Source: Pyrinomonadaceae bacterium
GTDB taxonomy: Bacteria; Acidobacteriota; Blastocatellia; Pyrinomonadales; Pyrinomonadaceae
NCBI GenBank assembly: GCA_014380365.1
Contig: JACMJZ010000032.1
Span: 104,860 to 168,859, forward strand
Direction: 5' to 3'
Length of the DNA: 64,000 nt
Position numbers and translations under genes: made by a program. Below, piece by piece: positions 1 to 9,177 of the stretch. Under the pieces are notes generated by a model that did not search any database, had not been told where the DNA came from, and saw nothing but the letters and a program-made list of their open reading frames with translations. Position 1 is the stretch's first letter. Every line of letters starts with the position of its first letter.

Positions 1-224
1 CTGATGTTCCATTGATAAGTCGATTTCGATTGTTTTGCGGTCAGCGACGCTACGCTCTCAATGCTTGCGGCTTTCGCTCCGGGCAGAGTGGAACCAGCGA
101 CCCCGACCTGCAGTTTGTCCATCACCGGGATCAATGGCAGCAGAGTGAACACAGAAACTACGAGCACAGGAATGACGAGGAAGCGATAGACGAGACGCGG
201 ATTGGATGTGGTATTACGGCGCAT
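1..224 (-). CDS. hypothetical membrane-anchored protein, 5' part only (runs off left edge)
   Basis: ATG at 224..222, then an open frame to position 1: MRRNTTSNPRLVYRFLVIPVLVVSVFTLLPLIPVMDKLQVGVAGS... (basic N-terminus plus one hydrophobic helix). Absent from the ORF track because no stop lies in the window. Confidence 0.35.
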   Translation of the reverse strand, partial: MRRNTTSNPRLVYRFLVIPVLVVSVFTLLPLIPVMDKLQVGVAGSTLPGAKAASIESVASLTAKQSKSTYQWNI

Positions 225-816
225 GTAGGTTTGAATGCAAAGCCGAGCTCTGCTTCCTTTTAGAACCGGCAGGTTTGACCGCGGCTTTTAGCGATCACGT
301 TCGATGTCAATGAATTAGACTTGCGGGCTGGCCACTGCCTTGGAGCGCTTGAGACTCAAGCCAGAATCAGGGCGGATGCTGGCGTTAAGAAGTCATTCAC
401 GTTTCAATTCGGACGAGTTGGCGGTGTCGTCGCGCGGCACTACGCTCTCGCTTTTGGCAAGACCCGTGCCGCCTCGAGATTGACGTTGCGCGACGGTTGA
501 CTCGCTTGATTTTGTTTCGCAACTACTTGTCTGGCACACGTAATGCCCATTTCCAAAGGCAGCCGCACTGGAGACAGAAAAGCGGAAGCTATGAGGTTAT
601 TGTCCCAGGCAAAAAAGTTGGTAAACGAACCCTTTCGCCACATTCGCAGACAATTTCCCGGGTCTCCTTTTCTCGGCAGCTAAACAATGGGAGACAGCAC
701 TTGTATTTCCTGGAACAAATTTCGCATGATTCAGAAAACGAAAGCGCGAGCCAATCACCACCATGAGAATTGGTCCAGGTTGTCCTACGCTTTCAGCTGG
801 CGTTAGTCTCTCCGGA

Positions 817-858
817 AGAAATTACATACTCCCCGTCAGAAATTACATAGCTCTCCCC
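817..858. promoter_or_regulatory. direct repeat AGAAATTACATA x2 (817..828 and 838..849, 21-nt period), each followed by a CTCCCC-like tail
   Basis: Exact 12-nt direct repeat two helical turns apart, about 100 nt upstream of the REC-PAS gene start at 946. Confidence 0.3.
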
Positions 859-945
859 GAGCGCAGGTGCGCGACGCACGCATCAAGCAATCAGAAACCC
901 TCCCCGTAAATTCGCCTGGAGTCATCTACAAATGAGTAAGCAGCC

Positions 946-1758
946 ATGATTAAGATTCTTGTTATCGACCACGCCGGATCCAGTCGCGGGATTCGCAAGG
1001 CGTTACCTGAGACTGGGATTCCCGGTTTCAAAATCAGTTTCGCAACCAGCTATCGAGATATGTTTGAAGGCTTTCGCGGGAAAGCGTACGACGTGTGTGT
1101 GATCGATTCGGCGAGTGGGAATGGTCAAAGGCTTTTCTCTGAGTCTCGCAGCCTTGGCTATGCCGAACCGGTAATCCTCGTGACCTCTAACGATGCGGGT
1201 GAGGCGGTTAACGCGATCCGCAGCGGCGTTGCAGACTGTCTGATCAGGGATGACATGACTGCGAACGGTATCGAGCGTTTAATATGTTCTGTAGTTGAAC
1301 AGGCGAGAGAAGCACATCAACAGAATGAACGCGCGCGCAGGCACCGGGCGCTGCTCGACAGTGCAGACGAAATCATCTTTACCCACGATCTCAAAGGGAA
1401 CCTCACGTCGATGAGTTCATCCGGTGAGCAATTGATTGGATACGCGCAACACGAGTGGCTGAGCTTGCCTGTCTCACAGATCTTCGGCCCGGCGTACCGT
1501 GAGGTTGCTCAGCAGTCGATTCAACAGACGCTCGACGAGCGGCGGCAGAGCTTCTGCAAAATTGAGATTGTGACGAAGCATGGCCAAAGTGTACTTGTTG
1601 AAGCAAGCCTACATTTGGTCTATCAACTGGGAACAGCAGTGGAAATCCAGTGGATTGCCAGGGACTTGACCGCCACCGACCTATCCACTGGCGCGTTTTT
1701 AGGAAACGCGCACGTTCATGAAACTGCCCTAAGTCTCGCGCAAAGCTCTACAGTGTAG
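946..1758 (+). CDS. response-regulator receiver domain fused to a PAS domain
   Basis: N-terminal REC pattern (ILVIDH..., VCVIDSAS phospho-Asp context, ILVTSND). The C-terminal half is PAS-like (ALLDSADEIIFTHDLKGNLTSMSSSGEQLIGY...). Confidence 0.8.
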   Translation: MIKILVIDHAGSSRGIRKALPETGIPGFKISFATSYRDMFEGFRGKAYDVCVIDSASGNGQRLFSESRSLGYAEPVILVTSNDAGEAVNAIRSGVADCLIRDDMTANGIERLICSVVEQAREAHQQNERARRHRALLDSADEIIFTHDLKGNLTSMSSSGEQLIGYAQHEWLSLPVSQIFGPAYREVAQQSIQQTLDERRQSFCKIEIVTKHGQSVLVEASLHLVYQLGTAVEIQWIARDLTATDLSTGAFLGNAHVHETALSLAQSSTV

Positions 1759-1844
1759 GACTGATCTCCCTTCCAACCTTCTCGCTCTGACCGTCAACCC
1801 GCCACCTGCCCGAATCGCGCACTCGCGCGTAGGAATTCCAAATC

Positions 1845-2348
1845 ATGAAATCATCTCTCCTCGCAATCCTATTGTTGTTGCTGATTCCGTTTCCTGCCAT
1901 GCCCGCGAAAAAATTGGATACAGGCACGCGGAAGCCTACCGTCGCCTGCCCGATGGCATACTGGCGATCAGACTCAATAGTGAATGTGCACTTTGTTCGG
2001 GACACGTTTACGCCGGAGCAACGACAGGCGTTATTAGACGCGATGGTATATTCGGAAGAGACTGCCAGGAAAATGGGATTGGCTGTTACGTTCAACTATG
2101 CCGGCGAAACAGACGGACTGATCGACTGTCAGAGCTGTCTAACAGTGACACGTCAGGACACTTACCAAAACCATCGGAGGGGACCTGTTACTTTGAACGC
2201 GTTGCGCCGCAATAATTCGGGCCAACTGATTTCGGCGTGGATCGGAATCGACCGCACGAGAAACACTTCGGTTGGGCTAAGCGGCTTGGTACTCGAAGCG
2301 TTGCGTGGGGTGCGAGGCACGAAGGCGTTATCAATCTGCAAGAAGTGA
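1845..2348 (+). CDS. secreted hypothetical protein
   Basis: Clear Sec signal peptide MKSSLLAILLLLLIPFPAMPA. No family recognised. Confidence 0.55.
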   Translation: MKSSLLAILLLLLIPFPAMPAKKLDTGTRKPTVACPMAYWRSDSIVNVHFVRDTFTPEQRQALLDAMVYSEETARKMGLAVTFNYAGETDGLIDCQSCLTVTRQDTYQNHRRGPVTLNALRRNNSGQLISAWIGIDRTRNTSVGLSGLVLEALRGVRGTKALSICKK

Positions 2349-2352
2349 GTCG

Positions 2353-2586
2353 TTACTTTTCTAAGAGCGTTCTTACGCTGCTTATGATCTTCGCGGAGCG
2401 GGGATACCATAGCCGATTCGAATCGAGCACTTTTTCGCCGTCGATAACGACGCTGAACTCACCCAACCCGCCTCTGAGTTTTATCACTTCAACATCGTCG
2501 TCTTGGTTTAGTTCAGCCGCCACCCGGGCGGCTATGCTTTGCTTGATCGGTCAAACCGGGCAGTAATGGATCTCAACCTTTTTCAT
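2353..2586 (-). CDS. SelW/Rdx-like selenoprotein (77 aa, Sec12 encoded by in-frame TGA at 2551..2553)
   Basis: ATG 2586..2584, MKKVEIHYCPV-U-PIKQSIAARVAAELNQDDDVEVIKLRGGLGEFSVVIDGEKVLDSNRLWYPRSAKIISSVRTLLEK, TAA 2355..2353. CxxU motif, Rdx-family pattern and a downstream SECIS-like hairpin. Confidence 0.8.
2515..2533 (-). promoter_or_regulatory. SECIS-like stem-loop for the SelW-like gene
   Basis: mRNA AGCCGCC-CGGGU-GGCGGCU: 7-bp GC-rich stem with a G-rich 5-nt loop, starting 17 nt after the UGA. Confidence 0.5.
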
Positions 2587-3020
2587 GGAAACAGGTCCTC
2601 CACTTCTTGTTTACTTCTAATCAAAGTACGCCAGTCTGCGAAAGCCGCAGGACGAAACTCACCTTTACGCTCAAAAGCGAAAAGGCGCAACAGTTTTTGG
2701 ACTGTCGCGCCTAATCTGTGTGGTCACTGTCCTCACCCCAGCAACCACGTGATGGAAGGATTCACCAACCATCTAGTTGCGCCTACTATAGCTCGCAACT
2801 CCTCGAATGGCAAACACCGCGTAAGGCTTTTTGAGCAGTCACAAAAGCTGATGTCGAAAAAATCGCCGGTGCAGGGGAACGCCTGGACGGGGGCGGGTCT
2901 CGAGGGCATCGAAAGCCGGTTGTGATGATAGGATGAACCCATCGGCGGCCCGTAGCGTACAGGTAAGATATGGGTGAAAGCGGGGCTTCCCGAGCGTTTT
3001 AACCCTGCGAATCCTGGTGA

Positions 3021-4025
3021 ATGAGGGCCCCTACAGCAATGACTGACTACAAAGAAAAAATTGACGAGTGGCAAAAAACTGCGCGCCGAAAAGCCCGCGA
3101 GCTTGATGAGAAGTTTGCCATATCAGAACTAGTGGACGAAGGCACGCGCGCCGCTGGAGAAGCAGCTAAACGCGGCGCCGAAACTCTTTCCTCTGGAGCT
3201 GAGAAGATTCGAGTAGAAGCGGAACGGCTGGCTGAGAACGCCGAGGTCGGTGACACCGCCCGGCGAGTCGCTGATGAAGCGGTACGTGGCGCGAAAAAGG
3301 CGGGCCAGGTCATACGCGACGCCACGGGTGAAACTGGTCAGAAAGCCACCAGGAAGGCCGGGGAAGTTTTCGACGATGCTAAGGCTTACTACAATCGCGC
3401 TTCCCAGGTTTATGACACCGGCGCAAAAGTAACGCGGGCTTCGAGCGCGGCCACCGCCGGAATTCTGAAGGCCCGCGACTGGATCAAAGAGAATCCGGGA
3501 AAGGCCGCGGCTGTTTCGTTTTCACTGGTCCTCGGCATACACATGGGCGCTGGATTTCCCGGAATCGATGCCGTTTTGCTGGGAGCGCATCCACATTGGT
3601 TAACTCACTCGGCGCTGCCCGTGTTTGGAATTCGCAAGTTAAGCGAAAAATTTGATTCGCACTTACGCAAACAGGAAGAACTGATCGCCGCGGGTCAACT
3701 GGATGAGGCCGAACGCAAACGCGTGGAGTTTCAACGGAACATGACCAAGTATGTAGGCGCGCCGCTGCTGGGAGCGTTTAGCTGCGCGGCCGGCGCGGCC
3801 ATGTTCGCGCAAATACTTCAGCCGGCAAGCGTCGCGGGAGCTCCGGTAAGTTGGGTGTTGGGTGGAAACCCTTTTCTCGGCGGCGTGTGGCTATTTGCCA
3901 ACGGCGTGATTTGTTTCCACGAAGGTTACAAGCTATTCATGATCGCGCTCGCCGATCAGGAGGAAGTCGCCGCGGTGGTGCGCGAGATCAAGGGACTCCT
4001 GCCCGCGGCAGCCGTCTCCCAATGA
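3021..4025 (+). CDS. hypothetical protein: Ala/Glu/Lys-rich helical N-domain plus C-terminal multi-pass membrane domain
   Basis: The first ~170 aa are hydrophilic and repeat-like (AAGEAAKRGAE..., ADEAVRGAKKAGQ...). They are followed by several hydrophobic segments. No family recognised. Confidence 0.6.
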   Translation: MRAPTAMTDYKEKIDEWQKTARRKARELDEKFAISELVDEGTRAAGEAAKRGAETLSSGAEKIRVEAERLAENAEVGDTARRVADEAVRGAKKAGQVIRDATGETGQKATRKAGEVFDDAKAYYNRASQVYDTGAKVTRASSAATAGILKARDWIKENPGKAAAVSFSLVLGIHMGAGFPGIDAVLLGAHPHWLTHSALPVFGIRKLSEKFDSHLRKQEELIAAGQLDEAERKRVEFQRNMTKYVGAPLLGAFSCAAGAAMFAQILQPASVAGAPVSWVLGGNPFLGGVWLFANGVICFHEGYKLFMIALADQEEVAAVVREIKGLLPAAAVSQ

Positions 4026-4029
4026 TTTA

Positions 4030-4105
4030 CCACTAAGACACAAAGACACTAAGGAATCCAAAGTGAAACCCTGGATCTTACCTTAGTGTCTTTGTGTCTT
4101 AGTGG
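4030..4105. repeat. perfect 25-bp inverted repeat (CCACTAAGACACAAAGACACTAAGG / CCTTAGTGTCTTTGTGTCTTAGTGG), 26-nt loop
   Basis: Arms at 4030..4054 and 4081..4105, between convergent genes. Likely a bidirectional terminator or REP-like element. Same word family as 30687..30760. Confidence 0.8.
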
Positions 4106-4112
4106 TCCTGCT

Positions 4113-5129
4113 TTAATTAATCGTAATCGGGAAGGGCACGAAGGAAAGCGCAAAGACGATGAGGGTGATGACGCCGACGACCACGCGTGCGTTGCCTAAA
4201 GGTTCCATCTGCTCCGGCGCTGGATGGCGCACCTTTAACATAACCGCTAGCAGCACCGTGTAAAGAAAACCGCTCGGGCTGCCGTACCAAACATATCCAA
4301 GGACAGACATCACCGCCATGATGATGAAGGCCACTCGCCCAAATAGCTGGTGGAGTCGTTGGCCGAAGACTGAAAACGTTCCGTGCCCGCCATCGAGTTG
4401 ACCCACCGGCATTAGATTGAGGCTCGTAACCAGCAGACCAATCCACGCCGCCATGTAAACCGGATTCGTCAACGCTTCGGCCAGGTTTGCGCCGGTAAAC
4501 TTTGCGATTATGTGGAAAAGCAGCGGGTCGCTAAATATTACTGGACTTTCGTGCTGACGAGCTTCCTGGAGAGTCAGAATCCCTGCGATGGCGAATGGCA
4601 ACAGCGCCACGAACCCCGCCAGCGGTCCTGCCAGACCAATGTCAAATAGCGCGCGGCGCGATGGGATGGGCGATTTCATCTTAATGAACGCGCCAAATGT
4701 TCCCGCCAGGAAAAGTGGTGGGGCAGGAATGAAGAAAGGCAAAGTCGCGCTGACGCCGTAGTAGCGGCAGGCAAGATAGTGACCCATCTCGTGAGCCATG
4801 AGTATTGTCACCAGCGCAACGGAGAAAGTTAATCCTTGAACGAGAATGCCTGGATGGGCAATCGCAAATGAAGCCAAAGCACCAACGATGCGCAGATAGT
4901 AGTCTGGGACATACAGGATATAACTCAGCAAGCCGGACAGAGCGGGTTCCGGCACGTCGATCTCCGGAGCGGCGATTACAATTCCGGCAAACGTCGTCGA
5001 GACAAACGTGACGACGAAAAAGGCAGTGTGTTTGATCCACTCGCGCTGGCTCGGACCTGCGAATTGGTTCCGGCCCGGTACCATGCTTGATCGTCGAGGG
5101 GGTTGAATAACTGGAACTGGCTCTGACAC
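4113..5129 (-). CDS. site-2 protease family (M50) membrane metalloprotease
   Basis: HEMGH (HExxH) inside a hydrophobic segment, a multi-pass membrane profile, and LDGG near the C-terminal part. Confidence 0.85.
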   Translation of the reverse strand: MSEPVPVIQPPRRSSMVPGRNQFAGPSQREWIKHTAFFVVTFVSTTFAGIVIAAPEIDVPEPALSGLLSYILYVPDYYLRIVGALASFAIAHPGILVQGLTFSVALVTILMAHEMGHYLACRYYGVSATLPFFIPAPPLFLAGTFGAFIKMKSPIPSRRALFDIGLAGPLAGFVALLPFAIAGILTLQEARQHESPVIFSDPLLFHIIAKFTGANLAEALTNPVYMAAWIGLLVTSLNLMPVGQLDGGHGTFSVFGQRLHQLFGRVAFIIMAVMSVLGYVWYGSPSGFLYTVLLAVMLKVRHPAPEQMEPLGNARVVVGVITLIVFALSFVPFPITIN

Positions 5130-5219
5130 TCACTACCCTTTTCAAGACTTGAGGCCAGTGTCAGGAAATGAAAGTCCCGACCCTAGCCTCGCAAATTAGT
5201 AACAAGACTGATTTAGATC

Positions 5220-5540
5220 CTAAAGCCCTGAGTCCTCCGCATCGTTGTTTGCTTCTCCACTCACAGCTGAGTCATCGCTTACCTGCAAGTCTTTACCCGG
5301 TTTGAAGCGAATAGTTTTGCCGGACGGAATTGCGACTTCCTCGCCAGTGCGCGGATTGCGGCCCACCCCCCGCTTGCGGGGCTTAACCACAAATACGCCG
5401 AACCCGCGTAGCTCGATCCGTTCACCCCGGGTGAGCGCTTCCTTCATCGAATGGAAAAGGGCATCCACCGCTTGCTCTGCTCGCATCTTTGGAACGCCGG
5501 TCTTCTCCGCCACGCGGTTAATGATGTCCAGTTTGATCAC
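5220..5540 (-). CDS. HU/IHF-family DNA-binding protein with acidic C-terminal tail
   Basis: ELRGFGVFVVKPRKRGVGRNPRTGEEVAIPSGKTIRFKPGK is the classic IHF/HU arm. Confidence 0.9.
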   Translation of the reverse strand: MIKLDIINRVAEKTGVPKMRAEQAVDALFHSMKEALTRGERIELRGFGVFVVKPRKRGVGRNPRTGEEVAIPSGKTIRFKPGKDLQVSDDSAVSGEANNDAEDSGL

Positions 5541-5903
5541 GGCTTAAGCCTCCGTTCGCGTCTCAATGAAAGATTCCAGCTGAGTCGGTGGTGCGGAAGG
5601 GATGATAGAGATGCGTTATGAAGACTGTCAACCGTTGCCGTTGCAATTCTGCGCGCCGATGGGAACTATTAAGTTGTTGATTAAGAGCTGTTAAGAGGAA
5701 ACTGACGGTCGAAGTTTAAATCAAACCGGAACGGGGCACGTTTTCTTCCGACCAACTATACGGACTGATTTCGCTGGAGAGTTAGCTTTGACAAGCAACC
5801 AGTCGAAAGCTAACCTCAAGTTGCAGTTGACTAACGATTATGAGATTGAGCTGGCCCTTGCATAACCGCCCGCGACGGTGCTAACGCCAGGACTTAACAA
5901 GAG

Positions 5904-6605
5904 ATGTTCGGAATAAGAACTCGTCGTCCGCCGCCGTTTGGCGATGTGCACATTGACGACGACAAAGACATCCAAGTTCACCGGCCTGAGCAGGCTTCGC
6001 GCCACGGCCTTTGGTCTGAAGGCCGCCTCCTGCTCCGCGACCTCGTGTTTGCCCTGATGATTGCGGCGCTGGTAGTTGTTTTCATTGTGCAACCAGTGAA
6101 AGTGGAAGGCACTTCCATGCTGCCGCGGCTTCATCACGGGGAGCGAATCTTCGTCAATAAACTAATCTATTACGATGAATACCGTTGGGCACCCAAGATT
6201 GAGCGCGGCGACATAGTGGTTTTTTGGTTTCCTGACGACCCCTCGAAAAGTTACATCAAGCGCGTTATCGGATTGCCGGGAGACACTGTGGAGATGCGCG
6301 AGGGCGTAGTCCGTGTGAACGGAAGCGATCTCGATGAAAAGTACCTTGATCGGAAACTAAGTTCATCGCCGAGAAGCCAACCGCCGGTCTACGTTCGACC
6401 AGGTTATTATTTTGTGATGGGCGACAATCGGGATAATTCCAGCGACTCGCGGGCCTGGGGGTTGGTTCCGAAGAAATACGTCTATGGCAAGGCGCTGTTC
6501 CGTTATTGGCCGTTAGGTGCAGCCAGCATTATCCGCCACGAGGATATTAAGACTGTGGCTGCACCGCCGGCTCAACCAGAGGATCCAGGATACGAAGAAA
6601 GATAG
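5904..6605 (+). CDS. lepB: signal peptidase I
   Basis: GTSMLP (catalytic Ser box), KRVIGLPGD, and GDNRDNSSDSRAWG boxes. Confidence 0.9.
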   Translation: MFGIRTRRPPPFGDVHIDDDKDIQVHRPEQASRHGLWSEGRLLLRDLVFALMIAALVVVFIVQPVKVEGTSMLPRLHHGERIFVNKLIYYDEYRWAPKIERGDIVVFWFPDDPSKSYIKRVIGLPGDTVEMREGVVRVNGSDLDEKYLDRKLSSSPRSQPPVYVRPGYYFVMGDNRDNSSDSRAWGLVPKKYVYGKALFRYWPLGAASIIRHEDIKTVAAPPAQPEDPGYEER

Positions 6606-6633
6606 TTGCTTACGGAAGCTGAGAGTTTTTAAG

Positions 6634-7953
6634 TTGAACGCAATTGATTGGTTACGAATTCTGGGAATGATCTTTTACGCGCCTGCTCGTGGTTTTCGAG
6701 AAGTGCGTGATCGCGCCCCGCTGGCAGCCCTCGGGCTGATGGCGCTGATTAGTCAGGTTTTATACTTTCTGGTCACGCAATGGCTGGCGGGAAATCGAAG
6801 CCTCGGGATCGCCGGTCCAACAGCGGTGATGCGCGTGCTCTTTCAGTCGGCACTTTCTCTGCTTCTTGTTTGCGGAGCATTAGTCCCGATCATCGCTTTT
6901 GTCGCTAATATTTTTGAGCGCAGAGGCCGCTTCGGTCTGCTGCTCCAACAGGAATACGCCTCGTTAGCATCTACCTTTCTGTATGCGTTGACGATTGCAA
7001 ACCTGGTGACAATCCCAGTTGCAATTTTTCTTAATCTTAGCGGAATCCAGGCCGCGTATATTGCCCAAAATCTTCAATCCGCCGCGCAACTTGAATCGTG
7101 GCTCCAGCTGCCGCCTGAGTTTCGCGCGCAATTACGGATTCTTCTCAGTGACCCTCGCTTCGTAGCGGAAGGTTTGTTCCGTACGGTCAAGTTATTTGGC
7201 TTCGCTGTCGGAGCGGTCATGGCGGTGCGCGAGGTATTCCGGATTTCAACCTTAAGAGCGACTGCCATTTCCGTATCAGGATTATCGCTGGCGCTCGTCT
7301 TGTCGCCGGTGTGGGGGCTCTTGCTGAGTCCGATCTTGGCTTCGCCCTTGCTGCTGTTGATTCTCTTTCTGCTCGTGCGCGGCTACATCAGCGGCGTCTT
7401 GCGTTCGCAGCGCGCCCGGGAGTCTTTCAAACAGAATCTGGAAGCGGCAACTCTTAATCCGGCGGATGCCTCGGCGCATTACAACCTGGGGTTAATTCAT
7501 CAACAGCGAAATGAACTGGAGGCTGCGCGTGAACGCTTCGAACGTGCGATTCAAATTGACGAAGATGAGATCGACGCGCATTACCAGTTGGGACGTATCG
7601 CCCGTCAACAAAAACGCTTCGCCGATGCCGTGAAAAACTTTGAGCAGGTCGTCTCGCGCGACCAGACACACGGTCAGCACGAAATCTGGCGCGAAGTCGG
7701 CGCCACCTACATTGAAGCCGGCCAGTTTGAAGACGCGCGCGACGCACTCGAAAGATTCCTGGAGCATCGTCCGTCTGATCCCGAAGCGCTCTACTTGATG
7801 GGGCGCGCGCACGCCGGTCTCGGCCATCGCCGCGAGGCCGCGAGTTCGATGCAAGCATGTATTGAGGCCGTGAAGACAGCGCCGGCTTATAAGTATCGCG
7901 CCGACAAGCGCTGGCTTAACGAAGCCCAGCAGTTCATCAAGAGCAGCCAGTAA
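6634..7953 (+). CDS. Yip1-like multi-pass membrane domain fused to C-terminal TPR repeats
   Basis: The ORF is open from 6517 but overlaps lepB. A TTG at 6634 gives [24 protein letters not shown]. The C-terminus has TPR repeats ([29 protein letters not shown]...). The start is uncertain. Confidence 0.7.
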   Translation: MNAIDWLRILGMIFYAPARGFREVRDRAPLAALGLMALISQVLYFLVTQWLAGNRSLGIAGPTAVMRVLFQSALSLLLVCGALVPIIAFVANIFERRGRFGLLLQQEYASLASTFLYALTIANLVTIPVAIFLNLSGIQAAYIAQNLQSAAQLESWLQLPPEFRAQLRILLSDPRFVAEGLFRTVKLFGFAVGAVMAVREVFRISTLRATAISVSGLSLALVLSPVWGLLLSPILASPLLLLILFLLVRGYISGVLRSQRARESFKQNLEAATLNPADASAHYNLGLIHQQRNELEAARERFERAIQIDEDEIDAHYQLGRIARQQKRFADAVKNFEQVVSRDQTHGQHEIWREVGATYIEAGQFEDARDALERFLEHRPSDPEALYLMGRAHAGLGHRREAASSMQACIEAVKTAPAYKYRADKRWLNEAQQFIKSSQ

Positions 7954-7957
7954 GGAA

Positions 7958-8042
7958 GGTCCAAAGTCCAAAGGCCAAAGTCCAAAGGCCGGTTTAGCTA
8001 CACTGACATTTGACTTTGGACCTTGGACCTTGGACTTTGGAC
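7958..8042. repeat. imperfect hairpin made of CCAAAGT/CCAAAGG words and their complement
   Basis: Left arm GGTCCAAAGTCCAAAGGCCAAAGTCCAAAGGCC (7958..7990). Right arm GACTTTGGACCTTGGACCTTGGACTTTGGAC (8012..8042). It ends 10 nt before the carA ATG. Confidence 0.7.
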
Positions 8043-8051
8043 AATAGAACG

Positions 8052-9164
8052 ATGGCAAATAGAAACCAAAGCTCCGCGCTGCTCGCCCTTGAAGATGGCA
8101 GAGTGTTCCGCGGTCGTTCATGGGCCGCAGAAGGTGAGAACGTCGGCGAGATGGTCTTCAACACGTCGATGACCGGCTATCAGGAGGTTCTTACTGATCC
8201 TTCATACGCCGGCCAGATTGTGTGCATGACCTATCCGCTCATCGGAAACTATGGCGTCAACAGTGACGATGAAGAATCCGATCGCCCCTGGGTGGAAGGA
8301 TTCGTGGTGCGTGAGGCGAGCCGGGTGGCGTCGAATTGGCGTTCCCAGGAAACACTTGATGCTTATTTGAAAAGATGGAACATCGTGGCCCTCGAAGGAA
8401 TTGATACGCGCGCCCTGGTCCGCCACATCCGCGACAAAGGCGCAATGCGCGCCTGCATCTCTACCGTCGATTTAGACGAGGAGAGTTTGATAGAAAAGGC
8501 CCGCCAGTCGCCCTCGATGGAAAACCGTGAACTGGCAACTCTGGTAACCACGAGAGAGCGTTATGAAGTCGCGCCGGAAGGCGACCAGCGATTTCACGTG
8601 GTTTGTTACGACTTCGGCGTCAAGCGAAACTCGCTGCGTGAGCTAGCGCGGCTTGGCTGTCGCGTCACCGTCGTTTCGGCTTCAACTCCGGCGGCTGAAG
8701 TTCTCGCGCTGAATCCCGACGGCATTTTTCTTTCCAATGGCCCGGGCGATCCTGCTTCCATGGATAAAGAAGTGGAAGAGATTCGCCGGATTGTAGAGTC
8801 GCGGATGCCCACCTTCGGGATCTGTTTCGGCCACCAGTTGCTCGGTCGTGCGTTTGGCGGTGAGACGTTCAAGCTTGTCTTTGGGCACCGCGGCGGAAAC
8901 CAGCCGGTGAAAGATCTGCAGCATGGGGGTGTGGAGATCACTTCGCATAATCACGGGTTCGCAGTGTTAGCTGATAGTCTTCCGGATGAGGTTGAGGTAA
9001 CGCACGTCAATCTCAACGATCGCTGCGTCGAGGGCATGCGGCATAAGACACTTCCGATAATCTCGGTCCAGTATCATCCCGAAGCCGCACCCGGCCCACA
9101 CGATGCCGCACACCACTTCCAACGCTTCATCAAACTAATGGAAGGCGTCCCATTGCGGGCGTAA
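8052..9164 (+). CDS. carA: carbamoyl-phosphate synthase small (glutaminase) subunit
   Basis: [27 protein letters not shown] (catalytic Cys), and HNHGFAV...QYHPE. Start taken at ATG 8052 (MANRNQSS), not the 8010 extension inside the hairpin. Confidence 0.95.
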   Translation: MANRNQSSALLALEDGRVFRGRSWAAEGENVGEMVFNTSMTGYQEVLTDPSYAGQIVCMTYPLIGNYGVNSDDEESDRPWVEGFVVREASRVASNWRSQETLDAYLKRWNIVALEGIDTRALVRHIRDKGAMRACISTVDLDEESLIEKARQSPSMENRELATLVTTRERYEVAPEGDQRFHVVCYDFGVKRNSLRELARLGCRVTVVSASTPAAEVLALNPDGIFLSNGPGDPASMDKEVEEIRRIVESRMPTFGICFGHQLLGRAFGGETFKLVFGHRGGNQPVKDLQHGGVEITSHNHGFAVLADSLPDEVEVTHVNLNDRCVEGMRHKTLPIISVQYHPEAAPGPHDAAHHFQRFIKLMEGVPLRA

Positions 9165-9177
9165 GCCTGTTCACCAC

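Noticed and set aside
12-263. 83-aa plus-strand ORF at the left edge
   Set aside because: Its sequence is implausible (Arg/Gln/His-rich). The opposite strand gives a membrane-anchor-like N-terminus running off the window, which I prefer at low confidence.
264-945. 680-nt ORF-free region examined for tRNA, riboswitch or pseudogene
   Set aside because: I recognised no tRNA T-loop or acceptor pattern and no known riboswitch core. The track ORFs there (440..643, 497..766) are compositionally implausible. Only the direct repeat at 817..858 is reported.
946-1300. Possible atypical receiver domain (DH instead of DD acidic pair, Arg where the conserved Lys is expected)
   Set aside because: I cannot align reliably by eye. 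The deviation may be an alignment artefact, so it is not reported as a finding.
2162-2410. 82-aa track ORF on the minus strand overlapping the SelW-like gene
   Set aside because: It is in a different frame from the SelW-like reading frame and runs antisense into the 1845..2348 gene. Its sequence has no family features, whereas the UGA-containing frame does.
7492-8121. 209-aa minus-strand ORF overlapping the TPR gene and the carA start
   Set aside because: The plus strand encodes clear TPR repeats and carA. The minus-strand ORF also runs through the word-hairpin.
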